A DNA stretch of 64,000 nucleotides from Octopus sinensis (taxonomy: Eukaryota). The notes under the pieces were generated by a model that saw only the letters and a program-made list of their open reading frames with translations, searched no databases and was not told the DNA's origin. Positions 12,589 to 24,685 of the stretch are shown piece by piece. Both the position numbers and the translations under genes were made by a program. The stretch lies in the NCBI RefSeq assembly GCF_006345805.1, contig NC_043006.1, forward strand, positions 57,784,001 through 57,848,000, read 5' to 3'. Within the stretch, counting starts at the first letter, position 1; each line of letters opens with the position of its first letter.

Positions 12589-12818
12589 TATTTCTTTATT
12601 ACCCACAAGGGGCTAAACACAGAGGGGACAAACAAGGACAGACATAGGTACTAAGTCGATTACATCGACCCCAGTGCGTAACTGGTACTTAATTTATCGA
12701 CCCCGAAAGGATGAAAGGCAAAGTCGACCTCGGCGGAATTTGAACTCACAACGTAACGCAGACAAAATACCGCTAAGCATTTCGCCCGGCGTGCTAACGT
12801 TTCTGCCAGCTCGCCGCC
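12589..12818 (-). mobile_element. Young full-length tRNA/Meta-type SINE with TSD
   Basis: Intact head ggcggcgagctggcagaaacgttagc and core gtcgactttgcctttcatcctttcggggtcgataaa; perfect 18-bp direct repeat cctgattgacacagtacc at 12571-12588 and 12817-12834. Confidence 0.92.
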
Positions 12819-13555
12819 TGATTGACACAGTACCACATAGGACTGCACCAGTCAGTCAATCCTGAAATGTACCATATCACAAAAATCATACAAACTTTGC
12901 TTACATTCATTTTGAAGGAAAAGAGCAACTATCTAATGTAAGGGAAATACTCTAACCCCTTTCTCTATTGTTCATTTCTGTTCTGTAGTAGGATAATTAC
13001 AACAGTGGGCTCTTGATTTCAAAAAATTTCAGAAAATGTTAAGGTTTAAAGTATAATAAATCCTGAATGAACATGCTCTCATTCCATTTTTCTTTTTAAG
13101 ATGACAGGGAAGTTTGACTGTTATTTCTAACAGATTAGGCAGCAAAGATCATCAGAATGATTTAATTACAATAAATCTGGAGATTGATAGTAATTAATAA
13201 AAAATTTCTTGTAAAAATCATTTTTCACTGTTTATAGCATGAATTATTCCATCTTGATTTTACATAAAATATAATGATGTCTGGATCTTCCCCATAAAGA
13301 AGAAAACTATAACTGAGATTAATCTTTATAGAAGATTTTCAATGTATGTGTGTGTGTGTGTGTTTGTGTGCAATCACACAGGTGATGTAAGTATGCATTT
13401 TCCATTTCTTCAAAATGATAAATAGCATTAATTTATAACATGATGGAGATGTCTTATAGAACAAAGATTGCATTATAATGAGTTCATGTACTCTAGTTTT
13501 CTATCTCTCTAACCACGAAAGTAATAAGTCAATGTAATAGAATGTGGAAAACAAA

Positions 13556-13614
13556 TTATGCAAACCTTTTCTCTATGTTTTCCCATTGACGTTTGGTATG
13601 TTCAGGTATTTCAT
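13556..13614 (-). CDS. Putative terminal coding exon of an unidentified gene: (D)EIPEHTKRQWENIEKRFA*
   Basis: Acceptor ttttgtttttattttcag|AT; phase 1, compatible with the exon at 31289-31438; followed by AU-rich UTR-like sequence. Confidence 0.65.
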
Positions 13615-13970
13615 CTGAAAATAAAAACAAAAATAAATGAATAAATAAACAAGTAAAAAGCAATTTTCAAAAGCATTTCAACAAAGAACTAATGCGAAGA
13701 AAACATTTTCAAAGAAAAAAAAACACAAACAAAAATCAAATCTAAGACTTAGAAGATAAAAAATAAATCAATAAATTCTGTCAATAAAAAAAAAATTTAA
13801 AATAAACAGTTTATTAGTTTCCATGACACCAACTAAAATTCACTTTCAGACATAAGTAAACAAAAATAGTACAAAATATTTATAAAAGAAGTTTCTTTAA
13901 AAGCAAAATGTCTTAGTGCAATTATTTGTAAATGACAAGGTCTGGTTTACTACAGGAAGAACATACTTAC

Positions 13971-14280
13971 TTATCAATGAAGGAATTTGTTCTTCACAAC
14001 ATACACAACAATTTAGCTGCTCTAGGATCTGAAGCATTTGCCATTCTAATTAGTCAATATTAGATAATTTCTTCACTCCTTATTCCGACTACATACCATT
14101 CCCCCGCTAAGACTACTAAGCGTTTTGATCTCTTCATCGCTGCCAAACCAATCTTTTGCTCATGTGCCACAACTTATCAATCTAAAAGGCCTTCTAATCA
14201 TTGTTTCTTGTTCTAAATACATTCCAAATTTCATCAAAATTGGAACCAACATGAGAGCATCTCCATAGTCACTTGACCTG
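13971..14280 (-). other. Candidate 310-nt cassette (poison) exon
   Basis: NAGNAG acceptor ttattttcag|cag and donor TAA|gtaagtat; no frame is open through the exon. Confidence 0.4.
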
Positions 14281-14323
14281 CTGAAAATAATAATCAAATT
14301 TTAAAGAAAGAACACACTGGATA

Positions 14324-14529
14324 CTGTATTTTCCAGCATACAAGTCATGTTTTTCAGACCAAAATTTACAGCCAGAAAAGGCAAGTCAATGAAAAATCTC
14401 TGGGAGAATAGCTATTTAGGAGAAAGAGCGTCAACTAATACAACAAGTACAGACTTAAACATTGACATTTTGTTTGAAAAATCTACCTCAACTTATTTAG
14501 TACATCAATTTGTATACTGGATAATACAG
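14324..14529. mobile_element. Tc1/mariner-pogo-type MITE
   Basis: TA-ctgtattttccagcatacaa ... ttgtatactggataatacag imperfect TIRs. Confidence 0.55.
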
Positions 14530-14942
14530 TGATTCAGGGCTAAATGTAATTTATAAGAAGACCCGACGTTCACAGCTGGAGCACTTTTGACCATCGGTCT
14601 GCTCAATCAGGGCTGATTTTTAAATATCAAAATTCTATACATTCCTTATCACCAGTGCCATATTCTTTTTGATCATTAAGACGTCAGTCAATTCCATTCT
14701 AACAAACCATGAAAAAGAAATGTTTAATATTTGAGCACTATAGGACAGCAAACTCAGTAGCAAAGAGAATTTCTCTGAGTTGTATCACTCCTCTATATCT
14801 CCAAACATAGATCAGGCAAAATGATGTTGTGTTACAGCCAAACAACCAAAAATACAGCTTTTGATACCTGGAAAAATTTATTAACTGAGAAGCATTCATC
14901 AATAGATGAAACTTCTAGAAGATGACTGTCAAATGTGTGAAT

Positions 14943-16163
14943 CAGTGTCTGCCAAACTTTTTTACTGTACTATCATTATTATCATATCATCAACACAATG
15001 GGTAAGGAGAATTTATTTTGCAGCACACTAATTAAAAATCCCAACAAAATTGAATATACTTTATTAATATGAATAAAAATAAATTCTTATTACAGTAACA
15101 ATAAAATAACATTGTTTTATGAACATATAATATATATAAATATATATATGATACAATAATGTTTTTAGTGAGAAGGATGCAAGTGATTTTGAGAAAGAGA
15201 GACCATCAGGTAGAGATTCTGATACCAAAACATTGCGGTGAATCATGCAATGTACAATTTTAACTTGTGGATGTTTTTGTAATACATGAGCCACGAAGCC
15301 TTTCTTTCAATCCTGCATGGATGGAGTGACATCAGTGCAAATGCCAATACAAGTCTGCCACTGGACGCCTCTCAATACGAAATTTTGGTTTACCAGGTTA
15401 ATGACATCGTCTCCTGGCATTCTTTACTTCAATTCATAACAAAAGAAAAACTGACTTATGATTTTACCACCTCAGATGATTCGCAGATATGAAATTAGCT
15501 GAGCTTTGTTGCTGATGTCTGTACTTTCATCGATTTGAGTTCATTTTTTGCTTCAGTGAAATGTTTGCAGAGCTGAATTTTACAAGAAATCATGTGGGCA
15601 GACAAAGGAATGGTCTTAATTTGTTTGACAGCTTCATCACTAATCATTGTGTCAAAGGCAATCTCCAACACTGGTAAAATAATGTTTTCGGTATCAGAAT
15701 GTGGTTTTTTTCTTTCTTTGCCAAAAGCTGGGCAATCTTGTAATTAGTAATTTGAGCTTTCTTAGAAATTGAGTAAAATTTTTTCAGCCTTTCTTATTTT
15801 TCTGAGGTCTCAATAAAAATTTGTCCATGTTTAAATCTAAAACTAAAAATTGATTGAAATTAACATAAAATAATTTATGTGAATTATAAATAAATCAAAA
15901 ATGTTATACTAATAGGACTACTAAACAATTTACTTACAGACAATCCCAGTTTAAATGCAGAAATTTAATATATTGTAGCAAAACTGCTGTTTGTCATGTA
16001 GTGCAATTAATTTATATTTACTGTATTTTATGATTTATATAATTAATTTATATATACACTTGAAATTTGTTCATTTTCTTGGATTGTTGTTTCCTGAAAA
16101 TCCCGAAAACATTTTTCACAGCACTCCAGTAATCTCTCTCAGCACACAGATTGGCAGACACTG
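14943..16163 (-). mobile_element. hAT (Buster/Charlie-type) element with decayed transposase
   Basis: TIRs CAGTGTCTGCCAA / TTGGCAGACACTG; degenerate 8-bp TSD gtgtgaat/atgtaaat; remnants KKPH...ILP...IKTIPLS, DESTDIS..AQL, CIGICTD, KIVHCMIHR (CxxH motif). Confidence 0.88.
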
Positions 16164-17984
16164 ATGTAAATGATAAACTTGTACAACTGAAAATTTGTAG
16201 GAGCTCACATTTTCCTACCTGTGGCTTCAATGCAAACAAAAGATTTGGCTTCCTGTTCAATGTTGGTAAAGATTAGCTGCTGGATTTATTATACATCATA
16301 ATTGAATCTCATTGGCTATTTTTTGTATATTTGGGCTGCTGCTACCTACACTAATGTCCAAAACAGACCATCTGTCTGATTAGTAAAAATTTCCTCTCCA
16401 ACATCAAGTAGCAACAGACATTGTTTAATTTCCTTGTGACTTCTATCACTATTTCAACAGATTCAGTTTACTCTCAACTAACAAGCTGTGTATACCTAAG
16501 CAACTAACTACAATAAACTAATTATTATATAGGCTTACTAGTTATATCTGAGATAGTACACATACTGTGAATATTCAAGTTGAGAACTGTATCTTCAAAA
16601 ATCAAACTTCAGTCACTTACAGTCCACCAGTGTTCTCATTCTGATTAATTTTATAATTTCATTCTGTTCCTCTGAATGTGTTGAGTGTATATAGTTTCTA
16701 CCTAAATCTGCTGACTAACAGCAGCAATTTTCCTTCTTCCACCATCTCATTGAATACTAACCTCTCCAAAGTCCATATTAAATGCTTTATAAAATCCTTA
16801 AAACTACAACTCTCTTCCTCCTTTCACTGTTTTCATAACTCCTGGTGTCAAGTTAGCAATGGATTTTTCAGATACAGTTTTATTGGGAAGCTGACACTAA
16901 AATGTAATTCAACAGAACCAAAGGATATTTAATTTTCTAGAAATGATATTCAGCCTTTGCTTTATTAAATCTCTAGTAAACTGAGATTTTTCTTCTTAAC
17001 ATTCAGAGTACAAATCTTGCTGGTATCAGCTGTCTTTCATTCCTCCAGAGTCACTAAATCAAGTGCCAAGTAAATGCTGGGCTCAATTCAATTTGTTATA
17101 TTGTTCCTTCATATGCGTAGTCTTTGTGTGTGTAGTCACATTTTAGGAGTCAGTTAAAATATAATGTTCCAATGGCTGTACTGACAACTTTCACTTGGTT
17201 TTATGACCCTAACTTCTCCCATCCATGGCCTTTTATTTTTTTTTTCTGTCAGTAGAAATTAGTGCATCAAGAAACAAATTCAAAATATAATAGAGAATTT
17301 GAAATTAGATTAAATCAGTTTCCCAATTAAATCAACAAACTTCATTACTTTGAGTAGAACATGCTGATAAAACAATTAACCTTATCTGGCATGCTATGTA
17401 TAATTTACTACAGATTTCTTTAACTAAATGTCTTTCGACTTTCCGAAACTATATTTTATATTTTTATATGTTTCCACTTTTACTTCATTTACTTCTTATC
17501 ATAAGATTTCTTATTGAAATTGTTTTATCTTTATGATTTTATTCTAAAGCATGGATGCTACAACTTCTTGATGCTATTCTCTGAGATAAAACTGTATTGT
17601 CTGTAGATATTATATGCTGGTTGGTTGAGATAACTGATATTTCATACTGGTAATGTCATCTTATTCTAGAATTAGAATTAAAAAGATAGTAATTGTCTTC
17701 AGCATTATACAGCTTCACTCCAGTTAAATAAAGATATTGTTTCTAATGAAATGACACAAGTTAATTGAAGTTGATGGATTAACAGAATTGTCAGAGTATT
17801 GAAAAAAATGTCTAGTGATATTTCTTTGACTTCTTTGCATGTTGAACTAAAATACCACCAAGGTCAACTTTGCAGATAAAATAAAGTTCCACTCAAATAT
17901 TGGGGCTGATATAATTGCCCTTTCTGTTTCCCCACAAATTTATATCTATATCAGAAACCACATAAAAATATATGACACAAACAT

Positions 17985-18154
17985 AGACACAGGCATGGCT
18001 GCGTGGTAAGAAGCTTGCTTCTCAACCACATGGTTCCAGGTTCAATCCCACTGCATGGTACCTTGGGCAAGTGTCTTCTACTATAGCCTTGGGTCGACCA
18101 AAGCCTTGTGAGTGGATTTGGTAGACAGAAACTGAAAGCAGCCCATTGTATGTA

Positions 18155-18198
<44 letters not shown>

Positions 18199-18497
18199 CA
18201 TATATATATATAAATACATGTATATATATAAATACATGTATATATATATAAATACATGTATGTATATATTTGTGTGTTTGTGTCTGTGTTTGTCTCCCTG
18301 CCCCATCACTTGACAACTGATGTTAGGGGTTTTACATCCCTGTAACTTAGCAGCCCAGCAAAAGCGGCCAATAGAAAAAGTACTGGACTTATAAAGAATA
18401 AGTCCTGGGGTTGATTTGTTCGACTAAAACCCCTTAAGGTGGTGCTCCAACATGGCTGCAGTCAAATGATTGAAACAAAAAAAAAGAATAAAAGAAA
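17985..18497 (+). mobile_element. Full-length tRNA/CORE-type SINE with expanded internal (TA)n
   Basis: A-box tggctgcgtgg, B-box ggttcaatccc, CORE-like accttgggcaagt, ~120-bp TA-rich insert, A-rich tail. Confidence 0.88.
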
Positions 18498-18805
18498 CTA
18501 TTTAAAAGACCCTGTATATGAAATTTAGCTAAGGGAAATTAATGTTGAAATCTATTGGTGGGACACTTCATCCCTGTCCTTGAGTGATAAGACTCAATCT
18601 ATTGCTTTGTTTTAATACCACACTTGGTACCTTGAGTACTTTCAGTGGAGTCCACTCTATTGTAAGCATTCAGGCTAGATTTGATTTGATAACTTCCTAG
18701 ATTCCTCTCTTCTTCCTACCAATTTCAGCAGCTCTGAAAATGATTATGGGTACTGCCCTTACTTACCCCAAGCAAAAGAGAGGGAACTATAATTTATAAA
18801 CCTAT

Positions 18806-19038
18806 AACATGTTTTCCCTAAAATTTTGTCTAATAACACTTTGGAAATATATTTCATATATCCAACATGTTCCCATGACTACATTGTATAACAACACGTC
18901 AGGAATATATTTTATATCTAAATGTTCCCATCACTATATTGCTTAATAATACCAGGGAATATATTTTATATCTCCAGCAAGTTTCTATGACTACATTGTC
19001 TAATAACACTCCAGGGCTATATTTTACAGCTACATGTT
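18806..19038 (+). repeat. Degenerate ~56-bp minisatellite, about 4 units
   Basis: Recurring aacatgttcccatgactacattgtctaataacac...atatattttatatc. Confidence 0.75.
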
Positions 19039-19372
19039 ATCCAATAAATCCCAATGACAAAATCTTATATTTACATATTTCCTTCTGTATATTTTCTGAC
19101 CAAGATTCCAAGACCATTCAACTTTCACCCCTCACCCATACACTGCCCATATACACATATTTCAAAGCAAGGAAGGACTGAAGCCACAAACCTTGATATT
19201 AATGCACAGACCTTCAATGATCTCACACTAAAGCATCCAATCTGCAATGTTAAGATCAATTATCCTAACATTCCTTAAGAACAGAGTATCATGTAACATG
19301 AATATTTTCGATAGATCAGAGAAGATGGGTGAGATAAAAGATTATTGGGGGCTAAATGTATTATTAATTTAT

Positions 19373-20160
19373 TTCTGTAAAGAATAATATTATAAGCTTA
19401 AAGTTTATAAGTGAGCACCGTATAGTGACTAAAGAAAATAGTTTAAATATTAGGGCATATAACCCTTGATGGAAAAAAGTGGGCTTTCCATATGCCCCAA
19501 TATTAACACTGTTTTCTTTAGTCAATACACAGTGACTGTTTTATAAGCTTTAAGCTTATAAATTATTATTATTATTTACAGAACTGAAGATGGCGAGCTG
19601 GCAGAATCGTAAGCACACTGAGTGAAATGCTTAGTGGTATTTAGGGCCATTGCTATGTTCTGAATTCAGATTCCGTTGAGGTCAACTTTGCTTTCCATCC
19701 TTTCAGGATCGATAAATTAAGTACCAGTGACACATTGGGGTTGATGAAATTGGCTAGTCCACTGTCCGCAAATTTCAGGACTTGTGCCTTTAGCAGAAAG
19801 GATTATTTACAGAATTGTCACTTGTCACCACTTCTCAATTCATCACAGAAAATACATATGCCTGTTTGTTCAGAAAACAACACTATGAAATTATAGTTCT
19901 TAAATCTAACAGGAAGAAGTAAGTAGGTATGTTGGTGTTATGGTAGCACACTTATGAATATACAGAGGTGTGGGTTTGTGTCCCATGCATATGAAAAATC
20001 TACTTTTTTTCTATTGAGGGCTTATATGCCCCAATATTAGACTATTTCTTTAAGCCAATACACAGTGATCATTTATAAGTATCAAACTTATAAAATATTA
20101 TTATCATTATTACAGAATTGTCACTCGTCACTGCTTCTCAATTCATTGCAGAAAATTTAT
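19373..20160. repeat. Fold-back/tandem repeat family, interrupted by a Meta-type SINE at 19587-19806
   Basis: Long inverted arms at 19373-19583; tandem unit 19806-20160 is homologous to 35255-35608; the SINE is flanked by tatttacagaa(c/t)tg. Confidence 0.75.
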
Positions 20161-20434
20161 TCATTTAACACTGCAATAGCTTGTGTAACTGGATACAGCC
20201 TTCCAGTGGCCCAATCACTGGTTTATGGCATTTCTGATGGTGAGTGTGACAAGTGAGTGTCAATAATTGAGTGAAGAACAAATATTTCAAGAGATTTCAC
20301 TTAAAGAGCATTAGGTTTTTTTCAGTTTTCTTATCAATATTTACATTCTTCGCCAATATAGAAAAGACAAAGAAAGACAGATAGATAGATCAATATATAT
20401 AAATACATGCATGCACATACATACACATACACAC

Positions 20435-21060
20435 CACTACCAAGTTCCTAGATCATAAAAGGGGAAAACCATGGACACTCAACAAATATAAGCTGTGCGA
20501 AACTAAAAGTGGAGACATCAACCATATTATTGTCAACTGCAAGACAATGTCTTCTAGCTATTATCTTCCCATGAGTCATGATGTGGTTGCTGCAACAGTT
20601 TGGAACACAAAATAAGGAAAAAGAAAATACCAGTAGGCAAAGTTGACAATATTGACAGCAAATAGTCTAAAGAATATTGGTGGTACTTAAAAATTAAAAC
20701 AGCTACAAAGTTAAAACAACTAGGTAGATGTTGTGTGGGAGCACAAGAAAACAATCTACTCTTGTGGAAATCAGCTGCTCTCTAGACCCCATTGTGGTCA
20801 GAAAAATACAAGGGAAAGAAAACACCTATGGACTGTTGATAAGGAATTGAAAAATCCAGTAACTAAAATGCACTTTCAGTGTCATATCTATTATTATTGG
20901 AGAAACAGGATATGTATAAACCTGCCTGCAGTAAAATATGGCTGAACTTGGGTTCTTACAGAAAGAATACAACTCCTTGATTCATATGCTACAAACAATC
21001 TCAGTATCTGGGACAATAAAAACTTGCAAAACCTTCTTAATATTTAAAGTATGACAAAAA
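20435..21060 (+). mobile_element. RLE-type (R4/Dong-like) LINE 3' remnant
   Basis: KLCETKSGDINHIIVNCKTMSSSYYLPMSHDVVA matches the decayed CCHC knuckle plus RHD motif that precedes the restriction-like endonuclease. Confidence 0.65.
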
Positions 21061-21947
21061 AAAAAATCAAGATGCTTTCCTTCACAACCTTGCTACCAAG
21101 CAGGTGACCAGTTAAAGTTAAATTAAAAAGAGGAAAAAAAAAAAAACATGAGCGCGCGCACACACACACACACACAGTGCAGTGAAAGCAATGATTAGCT
21201 TCAATGGAAATCTATAATCGATAATGAAACTATTATTCACCAACTGCAATACAAAATATATAAACACACCACAGGCTTCCACTTAGGTTCTTTTAAAACA
21301 AATTCCACTCAAGATGCTACACAATGTGAATTGTACCTGTAACCATGCTATTTCCATTTTACCTTATTCTGAGCTCAAATCACATCAACTACATCTTGTT
21401 TCCCTCTCAGGTCAAACTAAACTAAAAGAATTATAACTGGGATTGGACTGCCTAACAACTGCTACCATACACAAAGAAAGAACAAGAAAATACTGATATT
21501 TTCTTTCCAAGTTTTCATTAGTTCTTATTTTAAAATGGGAATGGCTTACTTTTTAAGTAAGCATCATTCTACCAGATGATTAGAAAGGCTCAGATGTTTT
21601 GGAGAGGGCAAAAGGAGAAACAAATGATACACTGAGAGACGATATCTTTTAACTTGTAATCATCTACTTCATATTTATACTTCATTTCAATATTTTACAT
21701 CCAAGAAAGAGAATAATGTACAGGAATTTTTAATTATAAGTGAGTAGCAGTCAGTACTGTAATAAGAGATGATTTGATATATTGGATCGAGTATGAATAT
21801 CAAAGAACATAATGAATATAAGATATTTGAAATGTAAGCAGCTAGTGGTGAACTATAAAATAAATCTGAATTATATGTAACAAGATATGCAGCAGAAGAA
21901 TGAGAAAGATTTGGAAAGCAAGGTGTAATTAGATATATACATTTGTG

Positions 21948-22155
21948 AAGGTGGTGAGCTGGTAGAATCATTAGCACACGAGGCAAAATGCCTAGTAGTA
22001 CTTCGTCGCCATGTTCTGAGTTCAAATGCTGTTGACACCAACCTTGCCTTTAATCCTTTTGGGACTGATAGAATAGGTACCAGTTGAACACTGAGGTCAA
22101 TGTAATCGGCTTACCCCATCTCCTGAACTCGCTGGCTTTGTGCCAAGATTTGAAA
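21948..22155 (+). mobile_element. tRNA/Meta-type SINE
   Basis: aaggtggtgagctggtagaatcattagcac...ccttgcctttaatcctttt..gactgatag. Confidence 0.75.
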
Positions 22156-23089
22156 GCAATATATACATTTGCATAAATATTAGTACACACAGAATTGTGG
22201 AGTGCTTCTGTGATCCAGCAGCTAGGAGGCTTGGTTGGCTGATTGGTTTGAGAATGGAAGTCCTAGTAGTCACTCTTCCATGGAAATTGAGCATCCATAT
22301 TAAGCTTGCATCAATATGATACCAGCAAGAAAGTTCACCAGGATGAAGTTGTCTAAGGACAGCTGATTCTGATCAGTGCCGAAATACAGTAGGCAAACGA
22401 TCCATGTCAAGCAACAGTAGGATTGCGTCTATAGACAGTTGTCAGTAGCCTGTCCAATAAAACTAAACATTATTAATATACAGGTATGGTTGAATGGTGA
22501 AGATGTTCACATCCAAATCACATGCTTTGGGTTAAGTCTCACAATGTGGACAAATGTCTTCTTTAACACCTGGCTGACCAGCAAGAATAAGTGCAGGAAC
22601 AAACCCAGAATATTCAAAGTGTTTACACTGGCCCCACAAAATTGTAGGGGATGTGCTTGCACCTCCTGCACCGCCTATTTCCAAGTCTATGCCAGCAAGT
22701 GGATTTACTAGACAGAAACTTAGAGAAGTCTCTCATAAATGTGTGTTCATATGTATGTGGAAGTGAGAGAGTGTTTGTATGCTTATCTTGGGATCATATA
22801 ATAGTTGTAAACAAGTGTCATTGTCATAGAAGCAGTGTTGTTTATTTCCAATTTTCCATAAAACATACCTGACTATGGGGAAATATTTGTGAGTGTTGGC
22901 AACAACAAGGGCCATAGAAAATCTCTCCCATCAAATCAGTAAACAGAAACTGCATGAAGCCAGTCATGTATGTGTGTGTGTGTGTGTGTGTGTGTACATG
23001 TCTGTATGTCTTTGTGAATGCATACATTCCTTAATTTGCATGAAAAACCATTGGGCTATAAAAGGTGAACTTTCTTGTCATTCTCTGTC

Positions 23090-24230
23090 AGCAAATTACT
23101 GACAGAAAGTTGTTCAAAATTACTGACGAAAGTAATTTCATACATAATTTACTGACAGAAGTAACTGCATAAATTTCACTTCAATCCGTACACTTCGTTA
23201 AATTTGCCTACAAATTTCTTATTTACTTTTACAAAATTTTGTGTTTTTTGTTGTTGATGGAATTACTGATAAAAGTAAGTTCATAATTTACTGACAGAAG
23301 TAACTTCAAAAATTTCACTTAAATCTGTACACTTAGTTAATTTCCCTAAAAATTTCTCATTTACTTTTGCAACAGTTTTGTGTTTTTCTGTTGTTAACAG
23401 CTTTTTTCTGGTTTCTTCGATACCGGCTCTTTGGTTTACTGACAAATTTCGCTTCAACCCATACAATTCTTTATTTTCAGTAAAAGTTTCTTATTTACTT
23501 TCTACCTATTGTATGAAGAAATATAATTTCCATTACCCAGTTATTTTCATTGTTTACTATCTTCTGCACCAGTTTATTTCTGTATACGTATATAACCATG
23601 CCTAGAAGGAAAATGTCAAATTTGTCTACAATGTCAAGGTCAGCCAAAAGAATGTCTGTGTACAAGGAGAGGCGGCTGCAGAAAGGGAAGCATACCAAGA
23701 AACAAACAGACTGTGCACTACAAAAGCCAGAGCATCTCAAAGTGATGAACAGAGGTATGCACGACTGACAAGGAATAGGATTTCCACTGCAGAATGAAGA
23801 GCAGTTGCAAGAGCTCAGAGAAGCAACTTCTATGAAGCAGCTTTCAATTATGATCCAGCAGTACATTATGCAGATGACATTAGTTTCCATTGGCACAATG
23901 ACAACTGAGTGCATTCATTGAAAAGCAAGGAAATGGCCTGGAGAGACACCTGCACTGTGCTGCAGGGGTGGAAAGGTTAAACTCTCTGCAATCACCCAAC
24001 CTCCAGAGCCATTGAAGAAACTGTTGTCATCAACTGACCAAGATTCCAAGCACTTCCAAAACAAAATTAGACAATACAACACTGCACTACAGATGACATC
24101 ATTTGGAACCACAAGAGATTTAACTGAGCCAGGATTCATGCAAACTCAAGATCCAAGGTCATATTTATCATTGGACTGGTTTTCTACCACCTCTGTCAAA
24201 TGAATCACCAAAACTGACCTTTCATAGTTT
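23090..24230 (+). mobile_element. Helitron 5' region (subterminal tandem repeats and N-terminal Rep-associated ORF remnant)
   Basis: ECIH*KARKWPGETPALCCRGGKVKL...PPEPLKKLL...SKHFQNKIRQYNTALQMTSFG...KIQGHIYH is the typical Helitron N-terminal motif; ~138-bp duplicated subrepeats at 23143-23396. Confidence 0.85.
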
Positions 24231-24484
24231 ATATGTATGTTATGAAATAAGTTACACAAAACATGTTTTTTAATTACGTGTATTTACTTTATTTACATAT
24301 ATGAGTTGAAAACTTTCTTTTAACATTTCATTTAACGCCTATATTACATGTTGGCATGGGTTGGAGAGTTATTAATGTAGAAAGTTGGTATCTCGGCTAC
24401 TAGCAGTTGAGACCTGTGTAATCTAGATGGTATTTTTAAATTTCATTATTCTCTTTCACCTGGGCAACGATATACACATATACA

Positions 24485-24645
24485 ACAAGCTTCTTCCAGT
24501 TTCTGTCTACCAAATCCATTCACAAGGCTTTGAGTGGCCTGAAGCTATAGTAGAAAACACTTGCCCAAAGTGCCATGCAGTGGGACTGAACCCAGAACCA
24601 TGTGGTTGGTAAGCAAGCTACTTACCACACAACCACTCCTGCACC
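24485..24645 (-). mobile_element. tRNA/CORE-type SINE 5' part
   Basis: Reverse complement aggtgcaggagtggttgtgtggtaagtagcttgc...gggttcagtcccactgc. Confidence 0.8.
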
Positions 24646-24685
24646 TATATATATATATTTACTAACATACATATAAGTGTATCTA

